In this document: in pieces, positions 35,444-46,018 of the stretch
Numbering within the stretch: position 1 is the first letter of the stretch
Layout of the letters: each line of letters starts with the position of its first letter
Assembly: GCA_963775345.1 (NCBI GenBank)
Contig: CAVZIS010000006.1
Location: 344,786-408,785 of the forward strand
Direction of reading: 5' to 3'
Length of the DNA stretch: 64,000 nt
Source of the DNA: Vicinamibacterales bacterium
GTDB taxonomy: Bacteria > Acidobacteriota > Vicinamibacteria > Vicinamibacterales > JAMQPK01
The notes under the pieces: model-generated
What the model was told of the DNA's origin: nothing
Database searches by the model: none
What the model saw: the letters and a program-made list of their open reading frames with translations, nothing else
Program-made: the position numbers and the translations under genes

Positions 35444-38400
35444 ATGCGGTCCTTTGCCACAAGAAACAACCTTCGAGTTCGGGGTTGGTGGGTGCGCTCG
35501 GGCTGCTCTGTGCGACGCTGATGCGGTCGCGCAGGCGGCGCCCAAGGCGCGCCGCAGGAGGCGCTGCCCGCAGACGATCGAATTCAATCGGGACATCCGG
35601 CCGATCCTCTCGGACAAGTGCTTCCAGTGCCACGGGCCGGGGACGCAGCATGGCGACCCTGCGGTTCGACCTGGAAGACGGGGCCAAGCACGCGCTGCGC
35701 GGCGGACGGTTTGCCATCGTGCCGGGCGACCCGGACAAGAGTCAGATGATCCAGCGCATCACCGCGACCAATCCGGCCGTGCGGATGCCGCGGAGTCAGG
35801 AGGGCAGGCGCGCCGGGGCAGCCGCTCACCGAGCGGGAAATCGCGCTGCTGCGGCGATGGATCGAGCAAGGCGCCACCTGGCAGAAACATTGGTCGTTCA
35901 TTCCGCCGACGCGCCCGGCGCTGCCCACGGTGAAAGATGCGAAGTGGGTGCGGAATCCGATCGACGCCTTCGTGCTGCAGCGGCTGGAGCGCGAAGGCCT
36001 GAGGCCCTCGCCGGAAGCGGACCGGGCGACGCTGCTGCGGCGGGTCACGCTCGATTTGACGGGGCTGCCGCCGACGCCCGCCGAACTCGATGCGTTCCTG
36101 GCGGACAAATCGCCGAACGCGTACGAGAAGGTCGTGGATCGCTTGCTGCGGTCGCCGCGGTACGGGGAGCGCATGGCGTTCCCGTGGCTGGACGCGGCCC
36201 GATACGCCGACAGCAACGGCTACCAGATCGACGGCGCAGCGATTCATGTGGCGGTGGCGCGATTGGGTGATCGAGGCGTTCAATCGCAACATGCCGTACG
36301 ACCAGTTCACGGTCGAGCAGCTGGCGGGCGACCTGTTGCCGAACGCGACGCTGGATCAGCGGATCGCGACCGGGTTCAATCGCAATCACCGCGGCAATGC
36401 CGAGGGCGGCATCATTGCGGAAGAGTATGCGGTGGAATACGTCGTCGATCGCGTCGACACGACCGCGACCGTGTTCCTGGGCCTGACGCTGGGTGTGCGC
36501 GGTGCCACAACCACAAGTACGACCCGGTCACGCAGAAAGAGTTTTATCAGCTCTTTGCGTACTTCAATAACGTGCCCGAGCACGGGAGGGCCCGCCGAAT
36601 CGGCAACTCGCCGCCGTTTATCGCCGCGCCGACGCCCGAGCAACAGGCGCAGTTGAAGCAGCTCGATGATCAGCTGGCGGCGGCCAACGACGCATTTGCC
36701 AAGCTGCAGCCGGACTTGGCGCAGGGCGCAGCGGGAATGGGAACGGTCGCTGGACGGTCACGCCGATGTCGTGGGCCCCGGCTCGCGGGCTGGTCGCGCA
36801 CTATCCGCTCGACGGCGACCTGAAGCGCTCCGATTTCCGTGCCTCCGCACCCGAGACCGAGACTCGCCCGCTTCCTGCAACGCAAGCACTAGCCGGCAAC
36901 GTCGGCGACCGCGACGGCGCACCGAAGCGCCCACCGCTCGCAGGCCAGAACGAAGTGCGCTTTGTGCCCGGTCCGCTCGGCCAGGCGGCGAGCTTCGATG
37001 GCAAGGGCTTCATTCAAGGCGGCGACATCGTTGGGTTTGGCAGCCATATCGACGAGCCGCACCGTGGCTTACGACGACCCGTACACGATGGCCGCGTGGA
37101 TCTATCCCACGGCGGCGACTGGCGCGATTGTCACCAAGGTCGAGGATGATGCGGCCAAGGTCGACGAGCCAGACCCCATCGGACACGGGCTGAACCTGAA
37201 AGATGGAAGGTTCATTACAACTACGTGGCCGACAGTTGATGAAGGGATCCGCCTCAGACCGAGAAGACGGTCAGTCTGAACCAGTGGCATCACGTCACGC
37301 TGACCTACGACGGCTCGCGCTGGGCGAGCGGTTTCAAGGTCTACGTGGACGGTGAACAGTGGAAGTGGGGAAAGATTCTCCTGGATGACATGAACAACCC
37401 CGCTCCGCAGGCGCGAGGCGGGAGCCTCTGCGGATCGGCGCCGGCGGCGGGCCGGAGAACCGGTTCCAGGGCAGGATCGACGAGGTGCGGATCTACAACC
37501 GGGCGCTGTCACGCGGCGGAGGCCGCGGATGCTGGCCGATCTCACACCGGTGACCGAGATCGCGGCGCTGGCTGAGAACCAGCGGAGCTCCGGCCCAGGC
37601 CGACAAGATTCGCGATTACTTCCTCGAACACGCGGCGCCGGCGAACATCCGCAGACGCCTGGACGCAGTTGATGAGGCGCCAGGAACGACGGGATGAGTT
37701 CTATGACGGCCTCCCACGGTCATGGTGATGCAGGAGATGCCGACGCCGCGCGAGTCGCACGTGCTGATCCGTGGGCGTACGACAAGCCGGGCGAAAAGGT
37801 CACGCCCGGCGCTGCCGGCGGTGTTGGCGTCGTCGCCCACGGCGTATCCGCCGAATCGGCTGGGGCTGGCCCGGTGGCTGGTCGATCCGTCCAATCCGCT
37901 GATGGCGCGCGTGACGGTGAACCGGTTCTGGCAGATGTACTTCGGGGTCGGGATCGTGAAGACCGCCGAGGATTTCGGGTCGCAGGGCGAGGCGCCTTCG
38001 CATCCGGAGCTGCTGGATTGGCTCGCGACCGAATTTATTCGGACCGGCTGGAATGTGAAAGCCCTTCAGAAGACGATCGTGATGAGTGCGACGTACCGGC
38101 AGGCGTCGAGCATACCGCCGGACATGCTGGCGAAGGATCCCGAGAACCGGCTGCTCGCGCGCGGGCCGAACGTGCGGCTCTCGGCCGAAATCGATCCGCG
38201 ACCAGGCGTTGGCCTCGCGGGGCTGTTGGTGGACAAAGTCGGAGGTCCGTCGGTCAAGCCCTACCAGCCGGAAGGGCTCTGGAATGAGGTGGGCGGCGGG
38301 TCGACGTTACGTGCAGGACCATGGAGACAGCCTGTATCGCCGCAGCATGTATCTCTTCTGGAAGCGCACCGTTCCGCCGCCGACGATGGCGAACTTCGAC

Positions 38401-38797
38401 GCCTCGAGCCGCGAGAGCGCATGTGGTCAAGCCCGTGGTGACCAATACGCCGCTTGCAGGCGCTCAATCTGATGAACGATGTGACGTATCGTCGAAGCGG
38501 CGCGGGTGTTTGCGCAGCGCGTGATGAAGGAGGGCGGCACGACGCCCGCTGGAGCGCATCGCCTACGCGTTTCGCCTGGCCACGGCCCGGCAGCCGAAAC
38601 CGGCGGAGAGCGCGATTCTGCTGGATGCGTTCGGGCAGAACCTTGAAGTGTTCAAGACGAAGCCGGACGCGGCGCTGAAGTATGTGAGCCACGGCGAGTA
38701 TCCGCGGGACGACCGCTGGACGTCGAGCGAGTTGGCCGCGTACACCAGTGTGACTAGCCTGATTCTCAACCTCAACGAAACGGTCATGAAGGAGTAG
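35444..38797 (+). pseudogene. PSCyt1-PSCyt2(DUF1549)-LamG-PSD1(DUF1553) multidomain protein, heavily frameshifted
   Basis: Ordered fragments: IEFNRDIRPILSDKCFQCHGP (heme-c motif); [48 protein letters not shown] (DUF1549); [24 protein letters not shown]; a LamG-like segment (NQWHHVTLTYDGSR...IDEVRIYNRALS); NRFWQMYFGVGIVKTAEDFGSQGEAPSHPELLDWLA (DUF1553). These are spread over all three frames. Confidence 0.85.
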
Positions 38798-38800
38798 CGA

Positions 38801-40283
38801 TGGATCCGCGCTTGGACGCATCGCCTGAATCTGACTCGGCGGCATTTCCTTCGGCCGGGCCGGCGTGATCGGCGCTGCTGCGCTGGCGGAGCTGCTCCAG
38901 AGCCGATCTGCTGGCGCAGACCCCGCCCAGAGCGCGACCGGCGGGCTGCCGGAGTCTGCCGCACTTCGCGCCGAAAGCCAAGCGGGTGATTTATCTGTTC
39001 CAGGGGGCGGGCCGTCGCAGATCGATCTGTTTGATTACAAGCCGCAGCTCGACGAAACGGCAGGGCACCGATCTGCCCGATTCGATCCGCGACGGGCAGC
39101 GCTTGACCGGCATGACCGCGGGCCAGACGAGCTTTCCCGGTGGCGCCGCTCGATTTTTCAGTTCGCGCAACACGGGCAATCGGGCGCCTGGGTCAGCGAA
39201 CTGATGCCGCACACCGCCAAGATGGTGGACGACTTGTGCTTCATCAAGTCGATGCATACCGAGCAGATCAATCACGATCCGGCGGTGACATTCGCGCAGA
39301 CGGGCTTTCAGCTCGCGGGCCGGCCGAGCCTGGGAGCGTGGGTGACTTACGGGCTGGGGACGATGAACCAGGACCTGCCGGCCTTTGTCGTGATGATTAC
39401 CGGGCAGCGGCCAATCGCTTGGCGGAGCGGCAGTGGGGCACCGGGTTTCATTCCGAGCCGGTATCAGGGGATCAAGCTGCGGTCGGTGGGCGATCCGGTG
39501 CTGTACATCTCGGACCCGGCGGGCTTCGAGCAAATCGCAACGGGCGCGCTTCATCGAGGATCTGGCGAAACTGAACCAGCTCGAATTCGAGGCGGTGAAC
39601 AATCCCGAGATCAGCACTCGAATCGCGCAGTATGAAATGGCGTTCCGGATGCAGACGTCGGTGCCCGAGTTGACCGATCTGTCGAAGGAACCGGAGCACA
39701 CCTTCGAGCTGTACGGTCCGGATTCGCGAAAGCCCGGGACGTTCGCGGCGAATTGTCTGATGGCCCGGCGGCTCGCCGAGCGCGGCGTGCGCTTTATTCA
39801 GCTGTATCATCGCGCGTGGGACCATCACAGCAACCTGCCGAAGGACATCCGGACGGCGTCGCCAGCAGATCGATCAGCCGAGCGCCGGCGCTGATCCAGG
39901 ATTTGAAGGAACGGGGCATGCTGGACGAGACGCTGGTGATCTGGGGCGGGAGAATTCGGGCGCACGGTGTACTCGCAGGGCAAACTGACCGCCGACGATT
40001 ATGGCCGCGACCATCACCCGCGTGCTTCACGATCTGGATGGCAGGCGGCGGCATCAAGCCCGGGATCACGATCGGCGCCACCGACGACTACGGCTACAAC
40101 ATCGCGCAAGATCCCGTGCACATTCATGATTTGAATGCCACGATCCTGCGGTGCCTGGGGATCGATCACACGCGCCTGACCTACAAGTATCAAGGGCGGC
40201 ATTTCCGCCTCACGGACGTCGAAGGGCATGTGGTTCAGAAAGCGTTGACTTTTGATGCCGCCGCCGGCCCTGCGCTAAGGTGA
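38801..40283 (+). pseudogene. DUF1501 (sulfatase-like) protein, frameshifted partner of the PSCyt/PSD1 gene
   Basis: Fragments RRHFLR (Tat-like), [69 protein letters not shown] and [22 protein letters not shown] occur in the right order but in different frames. Confidence 0.85.
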
Positions 40284-40337
40284 TCGTTCCGATCTATGCT
40301 GGGCTTTTCAGGCGGATAATGCGAAAGGGAGAATTCC

Positions 40338-41475
40338 ATGAAGCTACGACATTTGATGCTCGTTCTTGCGGTTCCAGTGCTGGCGACCGTCGCCTTGACG
40401 GCGCAGCATGAATCATCACACGAGAAGCTCTACATCCTTCATAGCCGCTCCAACACCATGTCGGTCGTTGATGTTGCGACCAACACGATTATCAAAACCG
40501 TGGAAGTGGGGAAGCAGCCGCACGGGATTTCCACGCCCAAATCTCGGGCGCTCCTCTACGTCTCGACTGAAGGCGATGGTGGTCTGACCGTGGTCGACAC
40601 GAGCCGCGACGAAGTTGTGAAGAAGTATGGGGGCATGGGCCTTCGTCCGCAGGAGGGCGATATCACTCCAGACGGACGCTTTCTCTATCTGCCCTCATAT
40701 AGTGGCTACTGGCAAGTCTTCGATACTCAGAGGGAGGAGATCGTCGAACGCATTTTCACCAAGGGGCTGGGACACAACACACTTATCTCGCCGGACGGAC
40801 GGCATGCTTATCTGTTCCCGATAGCGCCGGGGCCCGGGCACTGGCAGTTAGGGTTGGGTTTGCCCACGACACAGCCGAGAGAAATTACCGTTGTCGACAC
40901 GGGCACGCACAAGGTCGTGGGGACCATTCCGTAGAGAACGCATCGCGGCCGCCGGCCTTCAGCACTGATGGCAAGCGGATCTATTCGCAGACTGATAACT
41001 TGCTGGGGTTCGTTGTGGTGGACGTCGCATCGCGCAAAGTGATCTCGAAGGCCACCTATGAATTGACTCCGGATGAACAGGCTGTCCGCAGCCGGTCGCA
41101 CGGTATCGCTGCACTGGCTGGCGGAAAGAAGTGTGGTCGAATGATGTGAACCACAACGTGACATTCGTGTTCGACGTTACTGTCGATCCGCCAAAGCAAA
41201 TTGCACGGCTCGCGTTGGGTGCGTCGCCATATTGGGTCGCCAGCTCGAAGGATGGGAAGACCGTCTATGTGTCGTGTCCGACTGATGACGTCGTCATCGC
41301 CTTCGACGCCGCCACGAAGACAGAAAAAAAGCGATTCAGCCTCCCGGGCATGGGGCCGAAACGCATAATCGTCGTGGATACCCCCCGGTTGTCCCGACAA
41401 GAATCGATCCGGATCCTGAAAACTCCTTGGGATCTGTCGGACATAGGTCCAGGAACCTATCCCGATGCCCGGTAA
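40338..41475 (+). pseudogene. YVTN/YncE-like beta-propeller (copy D, type II), stop/frameshift-disrupted
   Basis: The first 198 codons are intact (MKLRHLMLVLAVPVLATVALTAQ...YSGYWQVFDTQREEIVERIF...VVGTIP*). Homology then continues in other frames (FSTDGKRIYSQTDNLLGFVVVDVASRKVISKATYELTPDEQAV; VWSNDVNHNVTFVFDVTVDPPKQIARL...GMGPKRIIVVDTP). Confidence 0.8.
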
Positions 41476-41582
41476 GCCTCATCGCTCATGCGAGAACGGC
41501 AGGCTCGGCGGCAGGCCGACGGCCACGGCAGATGGACATGAACCTGAAAGGGAACTGGGAGGAGGTAGTCGCAGAGATTAAC

Positions 41583-42672
41583 TCAGCGCGTGACCGTGAC
41601 AACAAATTTCAAGGAACGGCTGGCGCTCGATATGCCTGATCGTCGCGAGCCTCTTACCTGGCCCTGGGGATGCGGGTCTTTCGTCCCCCTCGTTGGAGCG
41701 ACGCGACATAAGATCCCGGCCTTGACGCGGGTCTGTCTGACGGCCCTCAGGACGGAACGTGGCACGGGAGACTCTGTCGAATGCGGAAGCCACCCGACCC
41801 AATTGAACTGCTTGACGACATCGATGAACCGTTGTGCCGAATCCGAGACATAGCCGTGGTCGCGGTACACCATGAATGTCCGGCGCGCCATATCGATCCC
41901 TTTAACGGGAATCCCGACAGCGTCCCGGCAGCGAGTCCTGCAGGACCGTCACCCGCGGGACGATCGCCAGCCCGATATCCTGCTGCACGAAGTGCTTGAC
42001 ATTCTCGAAGCTCCACAGCTCTGCGGCGATGTTGCAATGCATGCCGTGTGCCTCGAATAAACGAAGGATCTTCTGCTCGGTAGTCGAGCACGATATGCAC
42101 CACGAAAGGTTCGGTACCGATATTTTTGATCTCGACCCGCTCGCGCGCGGTGAGTGGATGGCGCGGCGAGGCGATCAGAGTCATCTCATCCGAGTACACG
42201 ATTACTGATTTGAGCTCATGAAAGACTGGTTGGTCTTCACGAAACCCACATCGATTTCACGGTCCATGACCTGACGCGGGATTTCATCCAGCCGACTACG
42301 ATAAATACCGACTTTGATTCCTGGAAATTGATGGAAGTACCGGCGCAGCGGACCAGGCAGCAGATACACTGCCGCTGACTCGTAAGCGCCAATAGTCAGA
42401 TTGCCGAAATTCAGGTTGTGTATTTCTCCTACTTGACGCATTGCGTCGTCACGGAGTTTCAAAATACGCCGGGCGTAATCGACCAACGCGCGGCCTGCCC
42501 GTGAGCGGATACCCGGCATGTCGCGGGCAAACAACGGTACACCAATCGACTCCTCCAGTTTCTTGACAATCTGGCTCACCGCGGGCTGGGTGCGGTACAC
42601 CCGTTCGGCCGCACGCGTAAAGCTGCCCTCTTCGACCACGGCGAGAAAGTGTTCAAGCTGCAGCAAATCCAT
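41583..42672 (-). pseudogene. LysR-family transcriptional regulator, frameshifted
   Basis: HTH MDLLQLEHFLAVVEEGSFTRAAERVYRTQPAVSQIVKKLEESIGVPLF. The effector domain is split over at least 3 frames (VGFVKTNQSF / YSDEMTLIASPRHPLTARE / IPVKGIDMARRTFMVYRDHGYVSDSAQRFIDVVKQF). Confidence 0.8.
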
Positions 42673-42767
42673 AGATCCTCCGTTGCCGGGGCCAACTACC
42701 AGGGCGCAGACTGTTGCCGAAGTCGTAGCTTCCTGCCAAAGAGCGCCTCCGTGCAACAAGATTTTTC

Positions 42768-43556
42768 TTATGTCTCGATAAGCCTTAACGCGGCTTCTTG
42801 GTTTTCTCGTATTCCTCGTTCAATGCCGGTGACAGCGGATACATGTTGCGGAACCTGTATTTCTACGAGCAGAAGCTCACGCTGATAGGCTTCGCGCCTC
42901 TCTGCCTCGCTGGCACTCTTCAGCACGGCATCGAGCATTTCTGGCGGGAAGAACAGGACACCCTCGTCCTCACCGACGATCACGTCTCCGGGCAGCACTG
43001 TCGCGGTCCCGATGCGGACGGGAGTGTTGAACTCTACGCCCACCCACGCGGTAGTCGTTGCATGGAAGAACTTGGCGAGTACTGGGAAGCCCTTGAATGC
43101 ATCGGCTTGCAGCTCCGCAAAGTCGCGGCTGCCACCATCGATCACGGCGCCGGTGACACCTCGCGGCTTGATGCCGGTCGCCGCCATAGCGCCGAAGAAA
43201 TTGTGGCCATCGACGCCTCCTAACTCAGCGACCACGACATCGCCAGGCTGCGCTTCCTCTGCGACGCGCGCATAATAGCGGCGGTCCCAGTCGCCTTCCT
43301 TCGCCAGCGTTTCGGCCGCTTGGATCAGGTCCGGTCGCGGCGGGAGGAATCGCGTGCTCAGCGCGCGCCCCACAACGCGCTCACCGGGTCTCGTATTGGT
43401 GAACCCGCGAGCGTAGTTCGGGCGATAGTCGCCGAGCGTCCCGAATATGCTCTCGAGCGGCAGCGTCTGAGCTGATCGAGTTGGGCTTGGGTCGCGCGGG
43501 GCCGAATGGACCGAAGAACATCCATGATTGCTGAGTACGATGTTCGGTTCGTGCAA
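42768..43556 (-). CDS. RraA-like family protein (second paralog)
   Basis: The core GDVVVAELGGVDGHNFFGAMAATGIKPRGVTGAVIDGGSRD and VLPGDVIVGEDEGVLFFP are typical of the RraA/aldolase fold. The N-terminal boundary is uncertain because it abuts the TBDR relic. Confidence 0.7.
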   Translation of the reverse strand: MHEPNIVLSNHGCSSVHSAPRDPSPTRSAQTLPLESIFGTLGDYRPNYARGFTNTRPGERVVGRALSTRFLPPRPDLIQAAETLAKEGDWDRRYYARVAEEAQPGDVVVAELGGVDGHNFFGAMAATGIKPRGVTGAVIDGGSRDFAELQADAFKGFPVLAKFFHATTTAWVGVEFNTPVRIGTATVLPGDVIVGEDEGVLFFPPEMLDAVLKSASEAERREAYQRELLLVEIQVPQHVSAVTGIERGIRENQEAALRLIET

Positions 43557-43639
43557 ACCGTGCTGGCGCTGGCAGTATGGCGAAAAATCTGGTCAAATGG
43601 TTTCTGCGCTTGCCAGCGAAGGGCCCATGAACATCATCA

Positions 43640-44234
43640 CGAGCGCCAGAGTTTTCCAGACCGAGTTTCGTATACGCTCGGATATGCTCGCGGCAACACT
43701 GGCGGTGAGCCGGCTCCAGTCAACAACTTCCAGATGCTGGCAGAGAGGAATCTGGATCTGAACTAGGGCCGAAACGATGCCGATCGCCGTCATATGTTGA
43801 GCGTAAACGGCCGGTTCGAAGTGCCAAGATACCGGCTTCAACATCAGCGGGGTGTTTCGCGCGATGACGGGTCAGCCGTTCACCATCCACGACACCAACT
43901 TCGATGTGAATCGGAACGGGATTCTCTTCGACCCGCTCCCGGCCGGCACTTATAGTGGGACGGGGAAGGGGCGATGACGGTGGAGAACGAGGGGGGACGC
44001 AATGGTGCGACGGGACCTGGTTATCGCCAGTTTGATCTGCGCGCCAGCTACCGCATGCGGCTCGGGTCGGTGAGAACGCTGGATCTTTTCGCCGAGATAT
44101 TCAACGTGACCGACGAGCCGAACTTTGCCAATCCGACCGGCGATCGTCGCTCGCCGGAGTTCTTGAATCCCACGGCTCTGTTAGGCGGCGGGGTTCCGCG
44201 GCAAGGGCAGTTTGGTGTGCGATTGGGTTTCTAA
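43640..44234 (+). pseudogene. 3' relic (last about 200 codons) of a type I cassette TBDR
   Basis: RVSYTLGYARGNTGGEPAPVNNFQMLAERNLDLN, then TAG where the 26114 gene has TAT (aac tat ggc). Frameshifted pieces follow, ending ...TLDLFAEIFNVTDEPNFANPTGDRRSPEFL...VPRQGQFGVRLGF*. There is no 5' part of the gene. Confidence 0.8.
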
Positions 44235-44280
44235 TGCGGTGAGTAGAATAGAGCATGGGACTTTAAAGGATGGAGGACGT

Positions 44281-45438
44281 ATGAGACTGAGACAGTTCAC
44301 GATTGTGCTCATGCTCGTTGTGCTGGCGACGTTCACGTTCTGACGGTCCGTGCCCGAGCCATCGACCCCTATCTGCTGGTGATGGGCAACAAACTAGCCC
44401 CGAACAAGGCGACCCACCAGGAGAAGCTCTACATCTCGAACGAGCGGTCCAACACGTTGACGGTCGTGGATGTCGCGACCAACAAAGTCATCAACACGAT
44501 TGATAGGTGCGAGGGAAGCACTCCGCATGGCCTTGCTGCCCCACCATCAGGAGAGCTTCTGTACGCTGGGAGCGAGGGAGATGGCTCGGTGAGGGTCATC
44601 GACACCATCACCGACAAGGTCATCAAGACGTATCCTTTCTTCGGCTATGAGCCCAACGAGTTCGACATCTCGGAAGACGGCGGTATCTCGTCGTCCCCTC
44701 GTACATGGGCTACTACCAGATATTCGATACCCAGAAGGAAGAGATCGTTGAATACGTTCACACCAAGGGGGTGCCGCACAACACGATCGTCGCAGAGGGC
44801 AACGCGTATCTGTTTCCGACATTCACAAACGAAGGGCATTTGAAGCGGCAAGCAGGGTTGCCGACCACGCAGCCGCGTGAGATCACCATCGTGTCATTGA
44901 AAACCCTCAAAGTCGTCGGGGCCATTCCGATTCCAGCTGCGTCGCGGCCGCCCACCATCAGTCCCGACGGCAAGCGGCTCTACGTGCAAACGGGAGGTCC
45001 GACCGTGTACGGGAACCTGATGGGGTTCCTCGTCATCGACATTCCGTCGAGGAAGGTGATCTCGCAGGCCGAGCACATGCTGACCCCCGAGGAAAAAGCA
45101 GGGCCAGGACGGTCGCACGGGATAACGGTCGCGGCTGGCGGCCGAGAAGTCTGGTCGGCGGATGTGAACCACAAGGCGACGTTCGTGTTCGACGTCACCG
45201 TGCTTCCACCCAAGCAAATCGCGAGAATTCCGATGGATGGGCAGCCTTACTGGGCCACCATCTCACTGGACGGCAATACCGTGTACGTCGCGGCTTCTCC
45301 GGATCATTCGTCATCGCGTACGATGCCGCGACGAAAAAGCAGAATGCACGGTTTGATCTTCCCAAAATGGGACCGAAGCGGATGCTTGCCGTGAACGTGC
45401 CGCGCAAAGCGTCGACGACGACCACGACGTCGCGATGA
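44281..45438 (+). pseudogene. YVTN/YncE-like beta-propeller (copy B, type I), at least 3 frameshifts
   Basis: Near-identical to copy A, with 2 aa differences over the roughly 200 residues I compared by eye. There is a 1-nt deletion in the signal peptide (about 44335, giving a premature TGA), a 1-nt deletion at about 44684 (gacggCggtat versus gacggAcggtat in A) and a frameshift at about 45305. Confidence 0.85.
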
Positions 45439-45485
45439 CCGATCTCGGAGTGCACTGAAGCGATCGGCCCCTGGCAGAGTAGGGA

Positions 45486-46018
45486 ATGATTCGAAGGACG
45501 TTTCTGGGGTATGGGCTCATGCTCCTCGGTCGGAGCCGGCGGGTGTGGGCCCAGGCTCGCCAGCGAGTCGGTGCGCTACAGCCCGCTGGCCTCGTCGGTC
45601 CGGATTCCACTCAGTGACTTGACTGCTCCACTGGAGCCCTGTACCGTTCACGGCCGAAGCCGTCTTGCCGCCCGCGGCGCTGTGCCCGGTCAGCGTGTGC
45701 GGTTGAGCGGGATGCTCTTCCGCAAGTCGACCGGCGATGACAGCCGCGGAGCGGTTCAGCGCCCTCTGCACGATCTGCCCTCATGAATCCTGCCTGGTCA
45801 AGTTCGTTGATGACCCGACAACGGCGTCTGAGCTGAGCGAGGGCGCCACCTCGGGTCCGGTCTTTTCCTGTGGGTGCCATCGCAGCGCCTTCCATGGCGT
45901 GGACGGGACCAAGATCAACGGTCCGACGCACCGCGGCTTGTACCGCTTTCGAGTGACCGATGTCAGTGAAGGAGCCGTCGTGATCGGCGAAGTGGAAGAG
46001 GCTTTGCTCCTCGCATGA
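45486..46018 (+). pseudogene. Tat-Rieske protein (copy B), frameshifted
   Basis: It starts identically to copy A (MIRRTFLGYGLMLLGRSRRVWAQ) and retains CPHESC...CGCHRSAF, but is read in at least 3 frames (breaks at about 45555, about 45640 and about 45740). Confidence 0.8.

Noticed and set aside
42195-42215. 12-nt identity (ATTACTGATTTG) between the LysR pseudogene interior and the conserved upstream element at 21305
   Set aside because: In the LysR gene the sequence is coding (K-S-V-I on the minus strand) and sits at a frameshift site, and the match does not extend further. It is probably coincidental. I did not use it as evidence for LysR binding.
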